This document shows positions 10,301 to 21,816 of a stretch of 64,000 nucleotides of DNA, one piece after another. The stretch's first letter is position 1. Every line of letters starts with the position of its first letter. Below the pieces are notes generated by a model. The model was not told the origin of the DNA, made no database searches, and worked only from the letters and a program-made list of their open reading frames with translations. The translations under genes were made by a program, and so were the position numbers. Source of the DNA: an uncultured Planctomycetaceae bacterium (GTDB lineage: Bacteria; Planctomycetota; Planctomycetia; Pirellulales; PALSA-1355); contig CAWAUV010000001.1 of the NCBI GenBank assembly GCA_963785305.1, positions 64,001 through 128,000 on the forward strand, written 5' to 3'.

Positions 10301-11911
10301 TTCGCGGGCGCCGCGGCCTGAATCCGATCTTCGACAACGAAGGCATGCGGCCGGTCGTGGGCACTGAGTTTCTGTATACCCGCCAGTTTCCCGACAACGT
10401 GCAAGGACAGTTCATCTATGCCTGCGTGATCAACATGAACGGCCTCACGCGTTTCACCGTGGCCGACGATGGCGCTGGCTTCAGAGGAGCCCGGCTCAAG
10501 CACGTCGTCGATGATAAACCGGCGCCCGACGATTTGCTCACGAGCACCGACAAACACTTCCGCCCGACCGATCCGCAAATTGGGCCCGACGGATGCGCTC
10601 TGGTTCGGCGACTGGGCCAACCCGCTCATTGGCCATATGCAGTATTCCCAGCGCGACCCGAATCGCGACCACACGCATGGACGCATCTACCGCCTCAGCT
10701 ACAAAGACAAGCCGCTACTCGCTCCGGTGACGCAACACGGCAAGCCGATCGAGGAACTGCTCGCCCAGCTCACCGAGTTCGAGCCGCGCACTCGCTATCG
10801 CGCTCGCATCGAGCTGCGGGCCCGGCCGACCGCGGAAGTGGTCGCGGCGTTGAAGACTTGGACAAGCAAGCTTGAATCGGAACGGGCCAGCCGCGGCGAC
10901 GGCGAAACCGATCGACTGCTATGCGAAGCTTTGTGGATCGAGCAATCGCATCATGCGGTTGATTCGGCGCTGCTCGACAAGGTGGCGAAAGCGCCCACGG
11001 CCGACGCCCGCGCCGCCGCCGCGCGGGTAGTGGCCGACGAGCTCGTATTCGCGGAGCCAAGCGCCGACGCCAATACGTCGGCCCAATCGGTCGGCGCCTC
11101 GCGACCCGCGCCCCAACGCCTGACGCTGCTCGCCGCGGCGGTCGACGACGCCCATCCGCGCGTGCGACTTGAAGCCGTGCGGGCGCTGAGCTTTGTTCCA
11201 TCGCTCGAGTCGATCGTGATCGCGCATTGCGCGGCTTCGAAGCCGATGGACTATTGGCTGAGCTACACGCTGGCGCAGCACGGTAGTGCGCGCTCGAATC
11301 GGTGTGGGCGCCCGCGCTCAAGAGCGGGGAACTCGCGGCCAAGGACGCGTCGACCGCCAAGTATGTTGCCGACTACGGCGTGGCTTCGGCGCCCGGCGCC
11401 AAGCGCAATCCGCGCTCGACACACTGCTTTCGCCGAAGTCGAAGCCGAAGGATAAGGAGACGGCGTTCGCCACGTTCGAAAAAATGAAAGGCTCGGCCGA
11501 GACCGGCAAGGCCGTGTTTCGCCGCACCTGCATCAATTGCCACAAGGTCGGCGCCGAGGGCTTCGATATGGGCCCGCGCTGACCGATGTGAGCAAGCGGC
11601 TGAAATTTCACGATGTGATCGAATCGGTGGTCGATCCCAACGCCAAAGTCGACCCGAAATATCAGGTCACGGTCATTGTCACGGCCGACGGCAAGGTCCA
11701 CGCGGGGCTACTCGCCGGCGAGACCGACAAGACGGTGAGCCTCAAGGTCGCGGCCGTGGGCAAGGAAGTGCAAACGATCACGATCGATAAGAGCGAGATC
11801 GACGATCGCCAGACACTCAAGCAAAGCAGCATGCCCGAGGGACTCCCCAACAGCCTCTCGCCGCTCGACTTTCTCGACCTGATGGAATACCTCAAGTCGC
11901 TGAAAGGCTAA
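7342..11911 (+). CDS. Large PVC-type heme-binding dehydrogenase-like protein: ThuA-like + SGNH/GDSL + beta-propeller + HEAT + c-type heme domain (several frameshifts after ~10590)
   Basis: GDEEYRSEE and GLRTSTHAF (ThuA-like); GFNES and INGCHLN (SGNH); LFASEQQFP...DTDHDGRAD; CINCH heme motif; SSMPEGL tail. Stitched from ORFs 7282, 10469, 11302, 11286 and 11537. Confidence 0.85.
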
Positions 11912-11976
11912 ACAAAGTCCCGCTGCCCTCGGGCGCGGGCGAGTGGGCCGCGTCGTCGGCCTTTCCCATGAATCGC

Positions 11977-13262
11977 TCATGAGCCGACAAAGAGCGCCGC
12001 TTCGGCCGTGAGTCCGGGCCCAAAACCTAGGGCCACGCAGGGCAGCGGGGCGCCGGCAGCGCGCATTGCGCTCGATGATGAAAAACACCGTGGGCGACGA
12101 CATATTGCCGTGCTCGGCCAGCACCTCGCGCGAATAACCGGTGGCCGAACGCGGCAACTGAAGCGCTTCTTCGACGGCGGTGAGAATTCGCGGTCCGCCC
12201 GGATGCACGGCCCACGAACCAATATCGGCGACCGTGAGTCCGAAACCGGCCAACCAGCTTTCGAGCCAGGCCTCGAGGCCGCGGCCGATCACATGGGGCA
12301 CGGCGCTCGAGAGAAACATTTCAAAGCCGTGATCGCCGATTTCCCAGGTCATCTCGGCCGTGGAGTCGGGCAAGAGACACGACCCCGAGCCGGCGAGCCG
12401 CCAAGGGGACATCGGCGCACCAATTAACGCCGCCTCGTTGCGCGGCGCGTTGTCGGGCGTCGCGCCGATTATGCGCCGCGCCACTGTGAATCGCGCCGTT
12501 GCTCTTGTGCGTCTGGGCGATGGTCGGATCGCTCGTGAGCACGAGCGCCGCGGCGCCATCGCCAAAGACCGCGTTGCCCACCAATCGCGCCGGGTCCCAC
12601 TCGAAACAAAAATGCACGCTGCACAGTTCGACCGCGCAAAGCAGCACGCGGCTCGCGGGCCTCGCGCACACAATCGCGTCGGCGGCGCGCAGGCCATTGA
12701 TGCCGCCGTGGCATCCCATGAATCCGACCTGTACCCGCTCGGTCGTGGGCCTGAGGCCAAGGCCCAGGATTAGCGAAGTGTCGATGCCGGGAGCGAAAAA
12801 CCCGGTGCAAGTCACGGTGATCGAATGGGTGATCGACGAGGGCTCGACTCCGGCGGCCGCGAGCGCTTTGCCGGCCGCCTCGAGCGCCAGCGGTCCGGCG
12901 GCGGCGCGATACCACTCCATGCGTTCACCGGTTGTCGGACCGCGCACCAGCGGGGCCAGCGCCGTTGCCGGAATGTCGGCCAGAGCGGGCTCCGTGGCCT
13001 CGCCCTCGACGGCGCGAGCCGACGCCGCGCTTTCCGCCGCCGGTCCATCGAGAAAATCGAATGCCCGGGTATATGGCACCGCGGTCGACCGCCGCTGAAC
13101 TCCGGAGCGGCGAAACAACACTCGCACCAGCGATCGCTGCTCCTCGGTTTGGCAGCAAATCCGCTGCGCCAAATGCACGGCCTCTTCCTGCGACATGGAG
13201 TTGTCGGTCGTCGCCGTGCCGAGCCCCCCGATGATTGGCGAGGCGGAATCCGGTGAGCTCAT
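11977..13262 (-). CDS. Type III polyketide synthase (chalcone-synthase-like), frameshifted
   Basis: TCTGFFAPG, GFMGCHGG (Cys), VELCSVHF, FGDGAAA, HPGGPRIL (His), HGNMSS (Asn), LGFGPGLTAE. Confidence 0.9.
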
Positions 13263-13479
13263 GCGGCGCGTTTCCTGGCGACAGCGGTTTGAAGAAAAGC
13301 AATCGAACCGATTCGGCGCCACGGAAAACCCAGACGACCCGATCGGTTGTGTCGAAGCGCGACCGCCCATCGGCAAATGTCAGGATCGTGATTTCGAGCC
13401 TGATCCACCGAAATGTCTGGCGCGATCGACTGCTCCAATTTTAGATCAAGAGAGCATCGCGCGTAAGGCGGAATCACGC

Positions 13480-14376
13480 TTAATGCGCGGTAGTTAGCAT
13501 TCCGCGCTTTATGAGCGTGATCTCATTGCCGGCCGCATTGTGCCGAACTTCGTCTAGAAACAGCCGAATCAGCATCAAACCGCGACCGCTGGGCTTTTCG
13601 AGATTCTCGGGATCGGTCGGATCGGGCAGCGAAGCGACATCAAACCCAGGACCCTCATCGCGCACTTTGATAACAGCTTCGCCGTGTTCATAGTGTGCTT
13701 GCACGCATACCCGACGCGAGCAGTAGGGAGATTGGCGACGGCGCCGTTCGACTAAATCCTCGAACGCGGTCGATGAGTCTTGCCGCAGATCGGAGTTGAC
13801 TTCGAGATTGCCGTGGTAAATCGCATTGGTCACCGACTCATGCACGGCGATTCCCAGACGCATCAGGCTGTTGGCGTCGCAAAGGCGAAACCGCACCGCC
13901 ATGCTCTGCAAATAGCCGGTGAGCGAGGGAATCAAACCGGTATCGTTGCCCAACAGAAACACCGACTCGCTCCGCTCCAAACACTCGAAAAGCTGTTGGT
14001 TGCGGTGCTCGGTCGTGGTGGCGTTGAGCACATCGCCGAGCGTCATCACAAGCTCCCGCCCCAGGCCGGCCTTGGGCACGAAACTCGCGGCGCCATCGCG
14101 AAGCGCTTCGAGCGCGATATCCTCGCTGCCGTGCGCCGTCATGACCACCACCGGCAAGGCCGGATGTTCGCGCCGCACGGTCTTGACTACCTCGAGCCCG
14201 TTCATGCCCGGCATTTGCATATCGCTGAGCACCACATCGGGCGTCACGCGGGCAATGGCTTCGAGCCCCTCCTCGCCGTTTTGGGCCCAGGTCACTTCGT
14301 GGCCCGCGACTTCGAGCATGAGCTGAATCATGCGCACTTGGGTCGAGCTATCTTCAATCACGAGCACGCGCGCCAT
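13480..14376 (-). CDS. Response-regulator receiver fused to an RsbW-like HATPase (anti-sigma/kinase) domain
   Basis: VLVIED, SDMQMPGMNG, MTAHG; ESVTNAIYHGN, VRDEGPGFD, SGRGLMLI. Confidence 0.88.
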   Translation of the reverse strand: MARVLVIEDSSTQVRMIQLMLEVAGHEVTWAQNGEEGLEAIARVTPDVVLSDMQMPGMNGLEVVKTVRREHPALPVVVMTAHGSEDIALEALRDGAASFVPKAGLGRELVMTLGDVLNATTTEHRNQQLFECLERSESVFLLGNDTGLIPSLTGYLQSMAVRFRLCDANSLMRLGIAVHESVTNAIYHGNLEVNSDLRQDSSTAFEDLVERRRRQSPYCSRRVCVQAHYEHGEAVIKVRDEGPGFDVASLPDPTDPENLEKPSGRGLMLIRLFLDEVRHNAAGNEITLIKRGMLTTAH

Positions 14377-14511
14377 GGTCTCACACGCGATATTTGCTAG
14401 AGAAAGCGAAACGGAATGGAAATCGAGCCGCTGGAGCTCCGTCGGGCAATCGCCCCGCCGCGGCCCGGGAATTAAAATCACTTAATCAGATTTCCGCCCT
14501 CGGATCAAGCG

Positions 14512-17022
14512 TTATTCTTGCCGCATCGCCTCGATCGGGCTCAATCGGGCCGCCCGCAGCGCCGGCGCCGCCGCGGCTCCCAGCACCACGGCGAGCGCCA
14601 AGCTCGCGACCAGCAGCGCCAATTCCGGCCGGGGCGACCAAACCAGCGGGCGCCCAAACAACACGGCCATCGAAAGGCTAATGGTGCGCGAGAGCGCCAT
14701 GCCGATCGTCGCTCCCGCGATTACGCCCACCAGACCGATCAGCGCCGCCTGCCCGAGCACGGTGCGGAGCACTTGCCGCCGCTCCATGCCAATGGCCCGG
14801 AGCATGCCAAGCTCGCGCGTTTGTTCGAGCACATTCATGGTGAGCATATTCATAATTCCGAACGCGCCGACCAAGAGCCCCAGGGTGAGCATTACCCAAA
14901 TCCCCGCGGTCACTCCCGCGACCATTGTGTCAAGTTGGCGGCGCAAATCGGCGAACGATTGCAGAATGAGACCATGCTCGGAGGCAAAACCCTGCAACTC
15001 CGCTCGCAGTCGATCATCGGGCGGCCCTTTGCTTTTGACCAGCAAGCTATCGATGCCTTCGACCGAAAACCAGTGCTCGGCAACGCCGCGGTCGAGATAC
15101 GCCACCGAGCCGCCGGCCAAATAATCGTTCGACACCGCGGCCACCCGCGCCTCATGCGCGCGATCGCCCACTGTGAGCCGGGCCGTATCGCCCACGCGCA
15201 GCTTGCACCGCTCCGCCAAGACCGAACCCAACACCACCTCGCCGCCGCATACCGCGTCGAGTAGCTTTTCGGTGTCGGCGCCCGGCACATTGAGCGGCGC
15301 TTGATGCAAGCGGCAGAAATCTCGCCCCGCGATAATCGCATGCTCGCCGTTGACATCGGCTCGCAAAACACACAACCCCTCGACGCTCTCGACCTCGGGT
15401 CGCTTGGCCAACTCGGCGAGCAGGGTTTCGCTCATGGCGGCGGGGTCCTGGCCGCTCATGTCGGGCATCATGGTGCGGATGAGAAAATCGGCGGTCATGG
15501 TGCGCTCGAGCCAGCCGTTCACGTCGCCGGTGACACTGATCGCGATATTGCTGAACGAGACTCCATAAGCCACGGCGATGAACAGCACTCCGGTGGTGAG
15601 CGAGCTCCGCTGCGTGTGCCGCAGCACAAGTCGGCGCGAGAGATCGGCCTCGACGCTGGCCCAGCGCCGCAGCGGCCAGTGCAGCAGCCACGCACAGGGC
15701 GCCAAGCCGGCCGGCAAGAGAAACACGACCGACACGAGCAACATCAAGATCGACCCGATCGCCACCCACAGCGGTCCGCCCGCGCGCACACTCGCGATCG
15801 CAATCGCGATCGACGCCGCGATGCCGGCGCAGCCCAACAGAGTAATGCCGCCATGGCTTGCCTCGTGTTCGAGCGTCACCGCCGGCCGCATGCCCTCGAG
15901 CGGGGAAATGCGGCTGGCCACCAGCGCCGGATAGCACGAGCCAAACACGCAAATCACCGGTCCGGCCACGCCGCCGGCCACGAGCGGCCACAGCATATTC
16001 GCGTGCCCGGGCGAGCCGACGCCCAGCATTTCGCTCATGGCGCCCGATAGGAATTGCCCGCCAAACACGCCGAGCGGCGCGCCGATCAATGTGCCCGCGA
16101 TGCCCACGACGAGTGCTTCGACCGAGATCATTCGCACGATTTGGCCGCGCGTCGCGCCGACGGCGCGCAAGATCGAAAGTTGCCGCCGCCGCTCGCTGAC
16201 GCTCATGAGAAACACGCTCAAGGCGATGAAGACGGCGGTGACGATCGAGAGCGCTCCCCCAAAATCGAGACTAAACGACACGAGCGCCATCATTTGCTCG
16301 ACAAGCGTGTCGCTGGTCGCCGGCGGCTCGGCAACGAGCGACTTGGGCAAGCGGGGCTCAATCGCCGCGATCGTTTTCGTGGCGTCGTTCGGGCGCGCGA
16401 GATACAAATGCAGGGCGTCGATCTTGCCGGGCGCGCGAAACAGTTTTTGCAGATGCTCGAGCGGCGCGATCACCATGCCGCCTTGATGCATTTGTTCGCC
16501 GCTGGTGAGCGTGAGCAGCCCGGCGACGGTTTGCGAGCGAAGGCCGCTGGTCGTGAGCAGCCGCACGGAATCGCCGACCTTGATGTCCAGGCTCGCCGCC
16601 AGACTCGCGTCGAGCGCGATTTGGCCGGCGTCGTTCGGCATGTGGCCGGCGGTGATGTTCAGTCCCTCGGAAGCTTCAGGCGAGCCGAGCGGCATGCCCA
16701 CCGCCAGCAGCTTGGCTTTTTTACCTCGCGCATAAAGCACGGTCGCTCGACGCAACACCGGCGAAACCGCCTTGACCTCCGGCAATTGCTCGGCAAACGC
16801 GACGGCGCTCTCGGGAAAACTTCCACCGCCGCGGGCGACGATTTCCAGATCGGCGCCGCCCGAGAGAGTCTCGAACACCTTGCGATAGGAAGTGACCGTG
16901 GCGTCGGTGGCGCCGAGCACCGCCACGATGGCGGCCACGGCAATCGACACGCTCAGCAGCGTGAGCAACGAACGGCCACGCTGCCTGCGGATTTCGCGAA
17001 TGCTTTGTCGCCAGCCGATCAC
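14512..17022 (-). CDS. ABC transporter permease, duplicated FtsX/MacB-type
   Basis: Two FtsX repeats (ERRRQLSILRAVGA; EQTRELGMLRAIGM), multiple TM segments, ARLSPIEAMR end. Confidence 0.9.
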   Translation of the reverse strand: MIGWRQSIREIRRQRGRSLLTLLSVSIAVAAIVAVLGATDATVTSYRKVFETLSGGADLEIVARGGGSFPESAVAFAEQLPEVKAVSPVLRRATVLYARGKKAKLLAVGMPLGSPEASEGLNITAGHMPNDAGQIALDASLAASLDIKVGDSVRLLTTSGLRSQTVAGLLTLTSGEQMHQGGMVIAPLEHLQKLFRAPGKIDALHLYLARPNDATKTIAAIEPRLPKSLVAEPPATSDTLVEQMMALVSFSLDFGGALSIVTAVFIALSVFLMSVSERRRQLSILRAVGATRGQIVRMISVEALVVGIAGTLIGAPLGVFGGQFLSGAMSEMLGVGSPGHANMLWPLVAGGVAGPVICVFGSCYPALVASRISPLEGMRPAVTLEHEASHGGITLLGCAGIAASIAIAIASVRAGGPLWVAIGSILMLLVSVVFLLPAGLAPCAWLLHWPLRRWASVEADLSRRLVLRHTQRSSLTTGVLFIAVAYGVSFSNIAISVTGDVNGWLERTMTADFLIRTMMPDMSGQDPAAMSETLLAELAKRPEVESVEGLCVLRADVNGEHAIIAGRDFCRLHQAPLNVPGADTEKLLDAVCGGEVVLGSVLAERCKLRVGDTARLTVGDRAHEARVAAVSNDYLAGGSVAYLDRGVAEHWFSVEGIDSLLVKSKGPPDDRLRAELQGFASEHGLILQSFADLRRQLDTMVAGVTAGIWVMLTLGLLVGAFGIMNMLTMNVLEQTRELGMLRAIGMERRQVLRTVLGQAALIGLVGVIAGATIGMALSRTISLSMAVLFGRPLVWSPRPELALLVASLALAVVLGAAAAPALRAARLSPIEAMRQE

Positions 17023-17041
17023 GATGCCGCCTCGCTATTTG

Positions 17042-17761
17042 CTAACGAACCCGGACGACGCGAAATCCAAAATTGATCCGGGGGTCGGTCGGCACGCCCA
17101 CATCGCGCCGCGCCCGCGGGAGCAGGCCGGGAGTCGGATAAAGCGAATCGCCGCCGGCCCGAGCGACAAACGGCGACGTCGTCGCCGAATCTTCCGGAGT
17201 GTCGAGCGGCGAGCGAGCATACGAGGGCTCGACGCAAGGATCGGAGCACCATTCGCGCCAGGGTCCTCCAGGCACGGCAAGGCCGAATCGATTCGCCGGG
17301 CACGAACTCGCAACCACTCCGATGGCGTTTGGCCGGCAAGCCGCTTCCCATTCGGCCAACGTCGGCAAGCGATAGGTCTGGCCTTCTTTCTTGCTCAGCC
17401 ATTCGCAAAAGGCGATTGCGTCGGCCCAAGAAACGTAGTTCGCGGCATTGTCGACGCCCACCGGCCAGCCCGGCGACCAGGGTCGAAAATCGGGCGATTG
17501 AATCAACCGGCCATCGCGGTAGCCCCACATCAGCCGGCCATCGCGTTCGTTTTGGAGGCTGTAATGCGATTCATTGTAGAAGACCAAGAATTGGCCGACC
17601 GTCACTTCGCGCTGACCCATCTCCAGGCCGGGGCCGATGGCGACAAGCCGCATGCCCAGAGAATTCGTCGCCGGCGCGTTCTCCGCCAGCACACACGTCG
17701 AAACCGCGCACATACTCAAAACAATGGCGAGCCCGACTCGCGAAGCAATGCAATCCGACAT
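17042..17761 (-). CDS. Compact, divergent formylglycine-generating-enzyme (FGE-sulfatase) fold protein with signal peptide
   Basis: TNSLGMRL, EVTVGQF, VSWADAIAFCEWLS, YRLPTLAEWEAACR, NRFGL, GFRVV. Confidence 0.75.
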   Translation of the reverse strand: MSDCIASRVGLAIVLSMCAVSTCVLAENAPATNSLGMRLVAIGPGLEMGQREVTVGQFLVFYNESHYSLQNERDGRLMWGYRDGRLIQSPDFRPWSPGWPVGVDNAANYVSWADAIAFCEWLSKKEGQTYRLPTLAEWEAACRPNAIGVVASSCPANRFGLAVPGGPWREWCSDPCVEPSYARSPLDTPEDSATTSPFVARAGGDSLYPTPGLLPRARRDVGVPTDPRINFGFRVVRVR

Positions 17762-18012
17762 GGTGGAAAGCTCCCTGGGGCTGGCTGTTCGCATGCGATC
17801 GCTGTCGCTGGAGACCATCTTAAGCCTCGGCCGGCCGATCGCAAGTCGCGTCGCCGAACTCAAACGATGTGATTCGCCGAGAATTCCAGGTTCGCGGCAA
17901 GGGCGGTTGAGAATCTCGGTTCGCGCTGCGAAAATGCGGCGTTCGAGGGCAAAGCGGCGCCGTTCGCTTCGACTCGGCGAGCGACACGAACGTCTTTCCC
18001 CGGAGTAAACGC

Positions 18013-19078
18013 GTGGCTTGGCAAGGCATCGAAGCACACGACGCGATCGCGGCCCGCTTCCGCGCGGCTCTGGCGCGGTCGGCTGGCCAGCACATTCCTG
18101 TTCGTCGGCCCGGCGGGCATTGGCAAGCGGAAGTTTGCTTATAAACTCGCCCAAAGCCTGTTCTGTCAAGCGATCGCCGACGACCCGCTCGCGCCCTGCG
18201 GCCACTGCGCGGGCTGCATTCAAACGCTTGCCGCCACGCACCCCGATTTGCATGTGGTGCGCAAGGCGCCCGACAAGGGCACGATTCCGGTGGCGGCGTT
18301 TATCGGCGACGACGAACACCGGATGCGCGAGGGGCTTTGCCACGAAATCGCGCTCAAGCCGTTCATGGGCGGACGGCGAGTGGCGATTATCGAAGACGCC
18401 GACTTTCTCAACGACGAAGGCGCCAACGCGCTCTTGAAGACACTCGAGGAACCGCCCCCGCGCTCGGTGCTGATCCTGATCGCCACGAACATCGAGCGGC
18501 AACTGCCGACCATCCGTTCGCGAAGCCAAATCGTGCGTTTCGCCCCGCTCGACGCCGCGGTGGTTGCCCATGTGCTCGAGCACGGGCTGGGAATGAACCA
18601 TGAGGAAGCGGCGCGGCTCTCGGTATTTGCCGAAGGCAGCATCGAGCGGGCCCAAGAGATGAATGACCCGGAGCTATGGTCGTTTCGCGAGTCGCTGGTC
18701 GCGCAATTGGCGGAGCGTCCGCTGCCAAGCGTGGCGCTGGCGTCGTTTTTCGAAACATTCGTCAACGAAGCGGGGACCGACGCCGGTTCGCGGCGAGCAC
18801 GCTGCCGGCTGGCGATGAATTTCGCGCTCGAATCGTTTCGCGCGTCGCTCCATGAAGCGGTCGGCGCACGAAACGGCTCGGGCCATGTTTCGGTCCCGGC
18901 CGATGGTCGGGAAATCGATCTGCGGCTGGCGCTCGTCGAGCGCACACTCGACGCCCTGAGCCACGTCGACCGCAACGCGAACCAAAGCACGCTCATCGCC
19001 GGCTGGCTCGACGCGATCGCCAGCATGGTCGATTCGGGCTCGCCACCGGTGCGATTCCAAGCGCCCGCTTTCGGTTGA
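18013..19078 (+). CDS. holB: DNA polymerase III delta' subunit (frameshift near the 5' end)
   Basis: FLFVGPAGIGKR, PCGHCAGC, HPDLH, GANALLKTLEEPP, LPTIRSRSQ. Confidence 0.9.
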
Positions 19079-19304
19079 AGCCGTCGCGTGGCCGAGGGTC
19101 CATCGCGGTCGCTCGCCGATTGCTAGCATTCGCGGCTAAACGCTTGCGATAGCGCCAGCAACTCCGATGGACCCACGCTTCGATCCTTGGTTACAATCGT
19201 TCGCGCCGTCGCAAGGTTTTTTCGCGCGACGATGCGTCTTGGAAAATTGCCGACTTGCCGGGAAGCATTCTCGTCGAGCGCGGTTAGGAAAGGGAGAAGC
19301 AGGG

Positions 19305-20848
19305 ATGCGATCCGCGATTGCCATCGTCGTTGTTCTCATGGGCCTCGGGTTGTCGCCGGCCAGCGGGCTCGCGCAGCATGGTCACGGCGGAGGCGGTTTC
19401 GGCGGCGGACATGGCGGCGGCTGGGGCGGCGGCGGTGGATATCGTGGTGGTGGTCCCGGCGGATATCATGGCGCCCCCGGTGGCGGCGCGCGTGGGTTCA
19501 ATGGCGGCGGCGCGCATGGTCCCGGGCCGAATCACTTTGCCGGCGGGTTTGGCAATCGTCCGGGCTACCACGGCGGTTGGTACCACGGCGATTGGGGCGG
19601 ACACTGGGGAGGCGCTTGGGGCGGACCTTGGGGATACCATCCTTGGGGCTGGGGATGGGGCGGATATGGCTGGGGCTACGGCGGATGGGGCTATGGCGGC
19701 GGCTGGGGCATCGGCATGGCCGGAGTCGGGTTTGGAGGCGTCGGCATTGGCGTCGGGCTCGGCTCTCCTTGGGGCTGGGGTTACTACAACTATTACAACC
19801 CGTATTGGTCGCCGGTCGTTGGCGCGCCAACCTATATCAACTATTCGCAGCCGGTGGTCATGACGCCGCAACCGGTCGTGGCTCAGCCCGCGGCGAGCTA
19901 TGCCACGAACGCCGCCGGCAGCGCCCCCTACTATCCATCGTATTCGCAGACCTATCCACCGACGCCGCAATATCCGCAACCCGCCCCGCCGACAAGCGCT
20001 GGCGCCATCGCCGCGGCGCCGGGCCCATCGCCGCAACGCACCGCCGCGGAAGAACAGGGGATCGCGCTGTTCGACGATGCGCCCGGCTCTTCCAGGCTGG
20101 CGATTACAAAGCCGCCGAAGCGCAAACCGAAAAAGCGATCGCGCTCGTGCCCAACGATTCGCTCATGCACGAGTTCCGCGCTCTGTGTCTATTCGCCCAA
20201 CAAGACTACCGGCAGTCGGCCGCTGGCGTGTATGCGGTCGTGTCCGCCGGCCCCGGCTGGGACTGGACCACGGTCTGCAACCTGTACTCGAATGTCGCGG
20301 TTTACTCCGCGCAACTTCGCGCTCTGGAATCGTACTGCGAAAAGAATCCCAAAGCGGCCAACGCGCGTTTCTTGCTCGCCTATCACTATGTGCTCGGCGG
20401 CCACAACAACGAAGCCGCCGGGGTGCTGCGTGAAGTGACCCAGCTCCAGCCCGACGATCAACTCTCGGCCCAACTGCTCAAGGGACTCACGACCCCGCCG
20501 AAGCAGCCGGGCGACGCCGCCACCGCTCCCGCGGTCGCCGCGACCGAACCGCCGGCCGCGCCGGTCGCGGCGGCGAGCCTCATCGGTTCGTGGAAGGCAA
20601 GCCGCCCCGACGGATCGCGATTCGAACTCGACCTGACGCCAGAAAACAAATTCAGTTGGAAATTCAGTCAGCAAGACAAACAGCAGAACATCACCGGCTC
20701 GTACACCCTGGCCAATAACTTTTTGATCCTCTCGGCCAGCGATCAAAACGCGCTCGTGGGCCAAGTGGCGATGCAGCCCGGTAATAAGCTGAAGTTCAAA
20801 CTCGCCGGCGGCAATCCGGCCGAGCCGGGCATCACCTTCACGCGTTGA
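19305..20848 (+). CDS. Secreted Gly/Trp/Tyr-rich low-complexity protein with TPR region and C-terminal beta domain (frameshift ~20080)
   Basis: Signal peptide, GWG/GYG repeats, YYNPYW...INYSQP, HEFRALCLFA, PGWDWTT, ARFLLAYHY. Confidence 0.8.
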
Positions 20849-21208
20849 TGCGCGGCAAACAAAAGCGCGCCGCGCTTCGATTCTTGAGCGAAACTTCGCG
20901 CCGTTTGCGCCGACCGCGCATGACTTTGCCGATTCTAACGATCGGGCGAGTGAAAATCGCGGGATCGTAGCGGTCGGGAACACGGCGGCTTCGACGAATG
21001 TGCTCGGCAATACCGCTAGCAGTCTTGAACGCAAATCGTTTGCTGATAGAGTCAAATCTTATCGGGCGCGGGCGCTGTTCGCGCGTGCTCCAGCAAGCCG
21101 CGCGGCGCGCGATCGCGGGCCGCGCGGCGAGCTTGCGGAGTTTTGCATTCTCCCCCGGGGATCGGCCGCTCCAACGCGGCGCGATCGAGACATAGGCAAG
21201 CGAGTCCC

Positions 21209-21784
21209 ATGGCGACATCTCCCCTTCCACGGCCCGAAGAAGTCGAAGTCGAACATCTCTTGCGCAACGCGCAACTGCGCGACGAGCTCGAGCCGTTTCT
21301 GGACGAATCGCTCGCTCGCGTCAACGCGCGGCGCGTGACCACGCCGGTCGAAAACGAATTCCTCGCCTCGATGCTCGCTTGGGAGCGGGCGCCCGTGTTG
21401 CCGATTGCCCAGTGGTTCACGCCCGAGCTCACGCTCCCGCATCCGGAACTGCTTTCCGATGGCGAGCTCCATGGGGTGCTCTATCGGGCCGTGCATCAGC
21501 TCTATGAAAAGCGGATCGTGCTCGACTTCACCGATCATCTTTCGGATCGCGAGTTGTATTGCTTGATCTATCGCGACATTCTGCCCTCGCCCGAGAAGAA
21601 GATCGACTCGATGGGCAATTACCTGCACTGGGATTGCGCCGATGTGTCGGGCGATCCGCTGGCTTGGCTCCGCTACTACGCGTCCGACGAAGAACGCCAA
21701 AGCTGGGCCGAGGAAACCGGCGAGTCGCTGCCCGAACAACTCACGCCGCCCTACCGTCGCCGCTTGCCGCGTCGAGCCCTTTGA
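21209..21784 (+). CDS. Conserved hypothetical protein
   Basis: Acidic, natural-looking ORF: LLRNAQLRDELEPF, FTDHLSDRELY, WLRYYAS. Confidence 0.75.
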   Translation: MATSPLPRPEEVEVEHLLRNAQLRDELEPFLDESLARVNARRVTTPVENEFLASMLAWERAPVLPIAQWFTPELTLPHPELLSDGELHGVLYRAVHQLYEKRIVLDFTDHLSDRELYCLIYRDILPSPEKKIDSMGNYLHWDCADVSGDPLAWLRYYASDEERQSWAEETGESLPEQLTPPYRRRLPRRAL

Positions 21785-21816
21785 TTGCATTGCCCGGCTC
21801 ACGCGCGCCATGCGAT

